A stretch of 64,000 nucleotides of DNA from Eremomyces bilateralis CBS 781.70 (Eukaryota), in the NCBI GenBank assembly GCA_010015585.1, contig ML975153.1, one strand, 5' to 3'. The position numbers and the translations under genes are program-made. The notes beneath the pieces were generated by a model that worked only from the letters and a program-made list of their open reading frames with translations, was not told where the DNA came from and did no database searches. This document shows, piece by piece, positions 36,856-47,657 of this stretch (positions within the stretch are counted from its first letter, which is position 1; every line of letters starts with the position of its first letter).

Positions 36856-38213
36856 TCACCCAGTATCATGCAATATATTACTCCGGAAGTCCTCTAGAAT
36901 ACTTTCCATGCGTTTCCGTTCACCGTCTCCACCAAACATCATCCCACACGCAGTCCGACAGATTGACCAACAGTCCACCCGACTCAGTGGGTGCCACTGC
37001 CCGTTCGCAGTCTTGCGCCCGAAATGCTGTGACACGATGAGGAACTCGTTTGACAATGGACTTCCGAACACCCCCACGTCGTCCGTGCAAAGCGTCACCT
37101 TCGCCCGTGCCTGCCCCGCATTCAAACTCTCCCCGCCCCCATCCCGTTCCCACCAGTCCTTGAAATGATGGCCTGGAAACCCCCCGTCCGTCAGTTTCGC
37201 CATCACGTTGCACGACAAACACATCTCCACACCTCGCCCTTCGCTGATGATCTGCTCGCGCAGATCTTCCGGCACCCGGCATACGTGGCCCAGCCGCCTG
37301 GCACCCACGTCCTTGCTCAGCAGAAACTCCAGCTCCGGCCTGCTCGCGGACGCCGGCGTCTCAGCGAAGTGGACCGTCACCGCCAGCCCGGCTTCGGCCG
37401 CTCGGCGGAACGCATGGCGGAGGACTTCCTGGTCGATGGGGTGTTGCGGATGTCCGCAGAGGTCGATGCCCACGATGCCCTGGGAGCGGTACTTGATCGC
37501 GTAGCCTATCACTGTTTGAACTCGCAATTCGTCGTAGCGGCGGTCAAGGCTGATGATCAGTTTGGCTCGGATCCGCGGATTGGCGCTGTCCTCGGGCGGC
37601 TGGAAACCCCGGGATAAGTGCCAGTCGGAGATGGCTTGCAGGACGGTCTGGATGTACTCCTCTGCGGACATGGTCTCCGACTTGCGGGGAGTGGTGCGAA
37701 GCTCGATGTAGCGGACTCCATCGGCAAGGAAGTCGCGGAGGACGGAGGTGACGGCGTGGGTGACGGCAGAGGGTGTGCTTAGAAGGGAGTAGATGTAGTC
37801 ATCGAAGATAGGGAAGAATCTAAGTAGGGGTAGAGCGTCAACAGTCAGGAGAAAAGCCCGGATCAAAAGCGCTCTGCGTGGTGATCATGTGCCTGGATAA
37901 GACCTACGATTTCACGTCCATCTCCGTCTTTTCCGGCGGCAGAGCGGTCAGTGGATCTTCCAGTTCGAAGCTGGGATCCGACTCTCTGCGGGTGATCCAT
38001 ATCTGGTGGAGGGTTTTTCGACTGATGCTTCCACTCAGGTGGGCATGTAGCTATACAGATGTGAGCCCTCCATCTCCATGTCTTATTAAAATTCCAACAG
38101 AAAGGTGCCTTGAAACGTTTGGACTTAATGGAAGAGCTAGAATGCTGCAGGAAAAGTACCTCAATTTTCGGAAGCGCCTTTGTGAATTTAAGATCGACTG
38201 CGCCTGACTCCAT
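36856..38213 (-). CDS. Adenosine deaminase-like protein (ADAL/N6-methyl-AMP deaminase type)
   Basis: LPKIE|LHAHLSGS, DGVRYIELRTTPR, VGIDLCG, HFAET, RLGH, CLSCN, CTDDVGVF. Two introns. Confidence 0.88.
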
Positions 38214-38612
38214 TGCTACTGGAAAGGAACGATGTATTGACGATATAGTTTGATGTTTACAGCAGAAGCAAAACAAAGTCTACCCATTGTCCCGTATTGA
38301 AGTGAATGACTTCATTAGTAGGTAGTAACTAGGTAAGAAGTCAGGAACTCGGCTAGCCAAAACGGGCAGGAAGTTCATTCCGGTGGTGTGTCGGTACGAG
38401 AGAGCTGAGTGAGAGGGTCTGATGTACGAGAGTGACGCACCATAGCAGATTGATAGATCTTTGAGTGATTTGAACTCAAAGCACTTAATGAATGGGATAT
38501 ATTCATTCAATCAATCAAGGAGACAAGGACGTCTTTTATTGTATCTCTTTCTGTGGAAAGGATGGATTTGTGACACTGGTATTGAATTGTCAGTCAGGTT
38601 CAGTTGTGCAGT

Positions 38613-38972
38613 GGAGGGTTTCTGCCAGGATTTTCAGCGCTGTTAGCGCGCCAATCCGCGTATTTTTCAGCTGAAAAGTATGAAATGTGTGGCCGTAACT
38701 AGTAAGGCGTGCTTTCGATTAAAATACAGCTGTTAACGATTTACAGCTGTGGTAAATCGTTAACAGCTCAATTTTCCGCCCTCATCGCCTTGTCAACCTT
38801 CCTAATTCCTATCTAAGATTAGTGCCAGGGCAGACAAGAATACGATATAAATCCAATGTTCTGACGCCAAGACGCTTTGACCAAAATGGTTAATAAAATG
38901 CTGCTGAGTAAAGCTGTTAAAATTCACTGGTCGAAATTTTCAGCGCTGAAAATTTCCTGGCAGAAACCCTCC
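38613..38972. mobile_element. Non-autonomous DNA transposon (MITE), 360 bp
   Basis: TIRs GGAGGGTTTCTGCCAGGA(AA)TTTTCAGCGCTG at both ends (18 bp perfect, about 30 bp with a 2-nt indel). Flanked by direct AGT at 38610-38612 and 38973-38975. No ORF. Confidence 0.85.
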
Positions 38973-39371
38973 AGTGGAAATGAAACCTGGCGAGTGGTGA
39001 GTGGTGACGAATCCGCTGAATTGTGCTGTGGCGCCAAGTCGACCTGCGCCACAGGTCCACATCGATATAACAAATCCCAGCCACATCAACATACATCCAC
39101 GTGACTTAAAGTGTGGCGTTAACCTGTTCCTAACCCGTTCCTTAACATTTCGAAATGGAACGCGATCATCACTTCATCGACTTCGATAATCTCACCTGTT
39201 TCTCCATTATCCTACATCCAACATCACCATATCTTCCTTCCGCTTTTCTTTTCTACGTGCAAAATCCACTTACTGTCCCATCCTTACCCTGATACTTGCC
39301 CTGCCGCTATCCTTCACCTATCGTACACGCGTTCGACTGTCATCAGTTGCGTTCCATCACCCACTTCCACC

Positions 39372-42300
39372 ATGGGGTCGAGGAAGCGTGGAAGGGAGGA
39401 GATGGAGGCGGAAGAGCCCCCCAAACTTCCAAGTACTCTAGTCCGACTACGCAACACCTGGGAGTTTGCATCCCTTATGCAGTATCTCTTCACCTTTGGC
39501 AGAGCTGTCAAGGTTGTGGACACCGACATCGAGGTACATCTCCATCCGCTACCCTAGGCTCCTACCATCTTGTTGAGAACTATTTATGCTGATATTCTTT
39601 CTGCTGCAGGATTTCGAAGAGAAATGTCTAGCACCTGATCGATCTTCCAAGCTAGGTGAAATCGGCCTGGCCCTTCTCAAAAATGTTTCATCCCACAAAG
39701 GACTGACGTACGACCTTCTCCTTGGTACTCATGCGCTCTCTGTGCTGACCCAAGCAGCCCCGAGATTTTTGACGAATATACTCGCCGCCAGTACCTTGCT
39801 AAGGCACCCGAGAGGAACCCCTTTGGTGACGAGGAAGAACCCAATAGCTTCGCAGCTTTCGACCTGTTTCAACAGCTTCGCATTCTCCATCAACTGTCGG
39901 TATGGACCTTTGTCAACCCAGACCGGATAAGGGAGAAAATGAATGAACGAGATGCGGATCAAGCAAGCTGGGTACGTTGATCACATCCATAAATACACCG
40001 AGCAAGAACTTACGTCTACGCAGCGTATTGACCCTTTTGGATGGGATGCGGATGATAGAATCTACTTCCTGCTCGACGATGATCGTTTTTACCGCCGTAC
40101 CGACCCAGCTCTTCCCGACCCTGCCCCAAAGAAGAAGTCTACCAAGAAGCCGAAATCTAAATCTAGAGCATCCCGAGCGAGCAAACGACTCCGGTTCTCC
40201 GAAGATCATGCCGAGGACGATGATGAAGAGGACGCCGTCGCAAACGTCGAAACTTCTGAGCAAGCGACGGTTGAGGAAAACACATTGGGGGGCATGAAGT
40301 GGGAATGCATAGCCATCACGCTTGACGAATATTATGGGATCATCGAATCGTTCAAAAAGTCCAAGGACCCTAACGAGAAGGATCTCTACAAGCGATTGAC
40401 GGATTCTGTGCTTCCTATCATTGAGAAACGAGAAGAGGAGCGCCAAAGAAAGGAGGAGAAGCGCATCAAGGACCTAGAAATCATGGAGAAGTTGGCCATG
40501 GCGAAACGGTCTAGCCGCCTTGCTGGCAAGAAAGAGAAACTCAAGGAGGCGGAAGCTGCTGCTGAGGAGGAGAGAAAACGAAGGGTGGAGTTGGATCTTG
40601 TTCGAAAGGAGCAGGAGAAGCAGCGCAAGATGGAGGCCGTATGTGGCATTTTGATTCAAGCGGTCTGTTCACAGCTAACCATTCACAGGAGCGACATAAT
40701 CGCATGATGACACGCGAACAGCGCCTCAAAGAACGAGAGGTCAAACGCATTCTTCACGAACAAGAACTCCGTAGATTAGAAGAGGACAGCAAGCGATTGG
40801 AGCAAGAAGAGTCACGCATATCGGAACGCCACCTCAAAGCGGAAATGGAACGCCGCCAGAAAGAGCTAGAGAGTCTACAGGAAGACGAATGGATCTTCGA
40901 CTGTTCCGTATGCGGCAAGCATGGGGAGAACTACGACGATGGGGAGCATAGCATCGAGTGCGAGACCTGCAAGGTGTGGCAACACAGCGCTTGTCATGGT
41001 ATCAACAAAGAACAGGCGGAGAATGAGAACTTCCACTTCTATTGCAAAGACTGCAAGAAGAGAGAGGAGGAGGCGAAGAAGCCACAGCCTCTCAAAGTTA
41101 AGATGGGACCATCTCCGAAGTCTACCAAGGCCCAAAAGGCGGCGGCTAGTCCACATGGGCTCACAAAGGACGGGAGGCCCAAGAAAAAGCCTGGACGACC
41201 TCGAAAGAATCCGCTCCCTGAGGGGGCTCCAAATGGCACATCTCCTGCTGCCAATGGTGTTCCAAGTGGATCTCCGTCAGCCGCGCCCAAGCCTATGGTT
41301 GTGGTCGATGTCAACGGCCTGTTCAACCAACCCCGTCCAGTCACACATCAATCCGGGCCCGTGCCATATCAATCTCCCGCCTTCTCCCAGACATTCGGCG
41401 CACCGATGCGTCCAGCCTACTTTGGGCCACCGCAAGGCTACAGCGTTGGTGGAGCCACTGCTCAAAAGAACGAGACACCGCGACCGATGCAACCAGCACA
41501 ATCGGTACAACCGCATGGATATTCCAATGGCCATCCCTCCTATACCCCTTATCCTGCCACGGACCAGTCAAGCCCACGGGCCGTACCGATGACGAGTACC
41601 GATCTACCCCGTCCCCCAAGTGCGCATAGCCCGTATCCACCGCCCCAGCAGCCTCCTCAGAAACACATGCCCCCGCAAACCCCATCCCAAGCGAACGGCT
41701 TCCATCCGAAGAGCAGCCCCGCGCCAGTCTTCCCCTCCGAAGGCTCGCTACAGTTTCCCCGCCCCGAAGGCCCCACCGCAAACCCTGTTCCCATCAAACA
41801 TGCGTCTCCGAGTCTTCCGCCGCTCCATCCGCACCATTCTCCGAGTTTATCCCAACCGGCACCGCACTTCTACGGACCGCCCCGCGGGTCGTCCCACTCT
41901 CCTCAGCAGTCGATGCCGATATCTCCAGTGAAACGGTCGCCCCACGGGCCGTCCCACTCTCCTCGGCACCCGCGGCCTATGTCTCCGGTTAACTGGTCGC
42001 CCCGCCCACATCAGCAGCCGATGCCTGTGTCTCCGATTAAACGGTCGTCGCAATTCCGACCCTCGAGCACACCGGAGCCGCGACCAGTGGATCCGAATCA
42101 AGGTCATGGTGCATACTCTCCAGTGGAGCCGAGGCAAGGTGCATATTCTCCGACTGCGTCCGCGATGCACACATCCCCGTTGCTTCCTCCAGCAGCCGGA
42201 GGCATGTCACCTAGGAAGCGGCCCAGTCCTCCCCACTCCTTCGGAAGTCCGCCTCCAGGCTCGCTCCACAATCCTACCGGCCAAGCTCCCGGGATCGCTC

Positions 42301-42623
42301 CATTCACTGCGCTGAACGGTGCCTCTTGGAACCACTCCAATCGACTTACTTCTGCAGGCGCCACGGCGATGAATGTGAGCGATGGTAGCAAAGGCGGACT
42401 ACCTGGCATCCTAAGCTCGAGCCCGAGGGGTTACAGTCCGATCAAGCACATGCCTGGTACGCAGCCAGATGGGAACCTAGAGGCGCTCCCTGAAGCTGCG
42501 CATGATCATATTTCAGGACTAGGAAGTCCGATCAAAATGAATACGAACCCGCTGCCCGTTGGCGAGCAGAGCGGCTCGTCCTTTGAGAGCAAGATGGATG
42601 TTGACGAACCACGCGACGCTTAG
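39372..42623 (+). CDS. PHD-finger chromatin protein with AT-hook and Pro-rich C-terminus
   Basis: LRNTWEFASLMQY N-terminus, PFGWDADDRIYFLLDD, KWECIAITL, PHD CSVC..CETCKVWQHSAC..CKDC, AT-hook KKPGRPRK. Four introns. Confidence 0.88.
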
Positions 42624-43273
42624 TTTACGTCATGTGTTTGGGCTTTAGGGAGGTTCGGAGACGAATATTTGTACGATACCATGGCCAGGGAAGTTGGTTA
42701 GAAAAGCATTGAGAAGGGTATTGCACTCAACCATAGCGTTCTTGGGTCTCCCCTTAGACATATCACTGCACGACTGGCTTGGCCAGCTCGAAAAGACCGG
42801 GCTGCGGTCAACTTTGCAATACCATATACACGATTAGAATCACGCTCTTCATTCCAGTGCACTTAGGTTCCGTATGACATGACTGAATTTGGAGAGTTCG
42901 TTCTGGGGGTCGACATTATCAAACGTGGAATAAAATTTATCTGCTAACTACCTATCTGAAAGGAAATTTCGGTGAGTATTTGCACTGTCGATTGGGGCCA
43001 AGTCCTCCAAGTACCTGCTCCTTCATTTCTTGCAATCCCTCACAAGTCAGTCGAGCTGGATTCACGCACCGATGACGCTTACTCACAGGATCCCTTTGAT
43101 ATACGTTCACTTCGAAGAACTTGTCGTGTTCCTCACACTTGAAGTTCTTATATCTATTCCAATCAATCAACGTCTTCCCGACAATTGGATCGGCTAGTGA
43201 GCAACGCACGCGTTCAACTTCTGGAAGTTAGCCTAGATCAAGTCGTTCTTCGAGGCCTCCCTCGACTTGCTGA

Positions 43274-43531
43274 ATGAGCGGTGTGGTTGATATATTTTAC
43301 AGTACGTACCGCATGAAGCACTCCCCACCTTTTATCTGCGAAGCGGAAGCTTGTGGGAAGGCATTTCGATACAGAAAGGATCTTGACCGGCACCGCAAAA
43401 CCAAGCATTTAGAGCTGTTTCAGGAGCCTGTGATATATCATAGTCCTTATGAAGGATGCAAGTTTTCTTTGGTGGGAGTGGCTGGCATCTCAAGAGGAGA
43501 TAACCTCAACAGGCATATCTAGCCTCAGCAC
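43274..43531 (+). pseudogene. Degenerate C2H2 zinc-finger gene fragment
   Basis: Intact finger CEAEACGKAFRYRKDLDRHRKTKH, followed by a broken finger YHSPYEGC...DNLNRHI*PQH. Confidence 0.6.
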
Positions 43532-44130
43532 GAAAGGCTAAATTCGGTCTAGCAGTAGAAAATATACTAGAGACATTAATGAAGCAGTCATGCCATCAAA
43601 TTGAACGATACTAGGCGCCGGCGCGTAGTATAAAATTTCGGGGTAAGTTAGTTGTTGTATAAGTAAACTTAGCGGAGTCTCATATGTCACTTCACCACGA
43701 GGCATTTTTCGGCTTTTGCACAACTGGCTTCTGTATGAAGCCGAAGGTTAGGCTCAAATGTGGACGTATTGCCCCTAATACGTGTCATGAGCTAATTGTG
43801 GCGGAAGGTCTGAGTAACGCAGCGATACAGATATGGTAGGGTCTGATCATTTCTCTGACCATTCAATCATGAACTATCGAATTCAAGGGCATATATTGGG
43901 GAGGTATGTAGTAAAACACCAAGCTTGCCAACAGCTTGTACAGAATATATAATTTAGAAAATAAAGCCTTTTCATCTCGCAATGCGGTTGGTATCAATAG
44001 TAGGGAAGGTTGTACTTCTGTCATAAAACGTCCTTAGAAACGAAACTCGCGCCTCATGCTGAGTAAACTGAGATCAATCAATGATATCAAAATTAACCGA
44101 CCATCTAGTAATGACTCGAACTACGAAAGG

Positions 44131-45614
44131 TCATATCGCCATCCCCGGTCTTGGATGCCCATACTTCTCATATCCCGACTCGTCAACAACGCTCTGTAGA
44201 TACCTATCAGCAAATTCCTTAACCAAACCCTGGTGGATAGGGCCACTTACGAAATCTTGTACAACATGAATCCGATCCTTCGGAATGATCCGCTCCTCAC
44301 TCCCGTCCGAGTTCGTGCGATTCACGTTGCCGTTTGCGTTTCTCGCCATATTGTTGGACCACGCTGGGCCAGGGGACTTCGAAGAGCTAGTGCTGAGATT
44401 GGCGAACTCAACGGCAGGTTCTTTAATGATGCGAGCAGAGCGGGGACCGGAGCCGGCGGAATTATTGTGGTAGTAGTTCTGGTACTGGCCGCGGCGGCTG
44501 GCTTCAACGGATTTAGAGACGAGGAATTTGAGGGTGGGGAGGCAAGAGACGACGATTGCTAGATTCATCAGTCAGAATTTGAGGGCTCCGAGGGAAATAG
44601 AGAGTTAGAAGTGGGAATTGGGAGCTTACCGACAGCGGACTCGAGAATCGACCAGAAAGCCAACCAGATGGGATCGGCTTGGTGCGTCAAGGGATTGGTC
44701 ATAACGATGCGGACGATTGCGAAAGCTATGATAAAGAAACTGATGGAGAAAACTCCAGCGAGTGCGAGTTTCTGTTGTCGGCTGACTTGGAGGTTTCTTA
44801 AGAGAGCAAGAGGCACAGACATGACTGGATTGGGTTAGATATGCAGGTGGCATAGACTTCCACATACTTACTCAGAATGTCTGTCCCAATATCGGTCCCT
44901 GCAGCAAAGCGTAATGACAAGTTGGATATACGGATATCGCGCTCCTTTTCGCATTGACCTTGATCAAACGTCAGTGGATATCTTGCAAGAAGAACAATAG
45001 CTACTCACCAAGGATGAAATAATGACTGATCGGTTGGCATGATCCTAGTTGAAGGCCAATGTTGACAATATATGTAGAAATAATAAGAACAAGGACGGTC
45101 CACCACCACCAGATCAGTCGATTCTTTGTCTTGGGAAGAAGGCGCCTGAAGAAGAGCATGAAGCTAACCTTAACCGCCCAAAGATTGGTCCAGAACAGAA
45201 TTATCATGCCGAATTGGAACCGGAGAAACAGTTGGACACCAATGATCGATTCGGGGGTGATGTCCAACGTGTACCATAGAATGCCCACGTGGTAGAGCTG
45301 TGGCATGCAAATTTGATACAAGATGCAGTATGTCAGGAAGCATGCCATGGCAAATATAACTGCATAGTCGTCGTCGAATAGCTTTCTTGCCATGATTGTC
45401 CTGATCGATAGGCGCAATACGGTGAAGACAATCGAGACGGTAATGCAAACCCACATCGTGGTCTGTGACGACGGATTAGTCTCATATTTCGACGGCTATT
45501 CATTCTCGGATTGGAACATACCTGCAAAGCCGGTCTCGTTATCTTCACTAGCTCGTCTTCTGCCTTATCCTGCGCGCGAATGACATGCTTCGCGAAATGA
45601 ACGAGAGCATCCAT
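44131..45614 (-). CDS. PTH11-like / rhodopsin-domain integral membrane protein
   Basis: LRLSIR..LFDDDY, LWAVKVSFMLFFRRL, SCQPISHYF, DIGTDILIMSVPL, WSILESAV|AIVVSCLP. About 4-5 introns. Confidence 0.88.
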
Positions 45615-45928
45615 CTTGTCTTTGTTTCCTTCACACACACTTGGTGTTAATCCGTCCCGTCCGGATCATGCGGATTTTGAAGTCGCTACCATAAATGGTA
45701 AGGAATGTCCACGGCACCGTTCGCGATTCGCAGTAGCTAAATAATCCAGAGGCAAGTTCACACGAAGGCTTTTTTTCCAGACCCTAAGCCTTGTAGATAA
45801 TATTCGTGCGTATCAAACGCGACGACCATCCAAGGTAAATGAGACAGAAATCTATCAGTACGACTTGTGTCCCCGATACGACGTCCAGCGGCATCTCACG
45901 CTAAAGGAATGTCCGGTTTTGAGCCGTT

Positions 45929-45959
45929 GCGAGGAGATGCGAGGAGCTGCGAGGAGCTG
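45929..45959. repeat. Tandem 10-bp repeat (GCGAGGAGMT)x3 upstream of the PTH11-like gene
   Basis: Read directly: gcgaggagatgcgaggagctgcgaggagctg. Confidence 0.75.
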
Positions 45960-47657
45960 TTGGGTATATGTCAACGGTCCAGCGACAGGATTATCCAGGA
46001 AAGTTGACATGGCAGTATCAAGGGCTCATAGAGACGCCAATGATGGAATTTATGAGATAGTATATGAACGTAATTAGCGGGAGCCGCAAAGCCAAGCCCT
46101 GCGTCGTAGACCCAACTGATGTGAGAGGTTCAGGCATATGACAAACAGGGACATCGCGGACAAGACATTCCATAATAAATTCTGACTTACTGTATAATGC
46201 TGGGAATGTTTACTCGAGGCGGGACGGAAACTGGAGCTGTGCCAGCACACCCGACCCGACTATGGGCGTAGAACGTTTCTAGAATGAGCGCATTTCCAAA
46301 GGACCCTCACATGGAGTATTCTCTGAGCAACATTGTCGTATAGAGCTCGATGAGACCAGTATCCGGCACCCGCCGTCCAATTGAAGAGGAGCCATATATG
46401 ATGCTGCAGAGAACCCAGCCCAGGATTCCATGTCCCATCCTGAATTCTTCGTTGGCAGGTGGGGTAAAGAATACGTCTTGCTAGGTACCACGACGACGCC
46501 GAGGGATCCGAATTGGTTTAATATAGAAGCCTGTTACCCGTATAACGGCCGATAAAGATCGCTGCCGTCGTGACCCACTGGAACTGGAACCAACAACGGC
46601 CGCTCATACCTATTGATGGGATGGGATAAGGATTCCGTATATCACCCACGGCCGCCCGCATTGACACCGTCGTCCATATTCCTAAGCTCTTCTAGCGTTC
46701 TGATCACCGCCGAGGACCATGTCATGTTTCGAATACATCGATGCACCAGGAGAGTTGGGATGGGACCGTGATCAGCGATGCCATATTGTGATGAGATGAG
46801 GACGGCCCTAGGCTATCGGAACCCGGAAGATAACGTCAAGAGTCCGAGAACAGACCTATTCTACGACTAGGAATCTCAACCAACATGCATGATAAAGTAA
46901 ATGAGAAAATTCTTGTCGTTGGAGGCTGGCTTTCATTCGTTCGGAGTGTACCCGTACAGGGAGAGTCATGCCCTCGCTGATCCAAAGGGAAGAGGTACCG
47001 AATACTGATTCTCCACCAAAGCTGTATGTTTCTGACAGGAAAACGCGTCCACGCAGTAAGGATTTCCATGTACACCGCTAGAGGATTAGCTACATGGCTT
47101 CTTATTACTGTCATGAAGACGGTCCATGGCACTTCGGCTGGAGAACACCAACCTGCGTCTCCGGTTGCTTCGAGAATGGCTACCCACGTCCCTCGATCGT
47201 TCGCGTCATCTCACCTGAGCAGGATTATGGGATGGCCCGTATACAGCGCGGTTGCAGATAAATTGGATAGGAATATGCCGGAGCGCAATTTTCTGCCCTG
47301 ATATGTTGTTTCGAAGTCCTGGGAGGAATGTCAGATAAATCGATTGTTTGCCTGAGGCATGAATCCAGCTTCACCATAACCCCTTTTGATCACAGCACGG
47401 CGCTCCACTCTCCAGATCTGTACAATGTTTTCCCAGGGGCTTTGCGATAGGAATGATTTCCATCTGTATGTATACGACACGCTGCGTAACGGTAGCAATT
47501 ATCATTATATGGTATATCTCGAGACACGCTCTATTGCCGTCTTTGGAGCGAATGTCGCTCCAGTAGATGGAAATCCCCTAAAAGGTTCGAAGCATAGCGA
47601 AAAAGATTCCGCTCCGGTGCTAAAACATTGCCAATTTCCATCTTGTCACCCCCCCAC

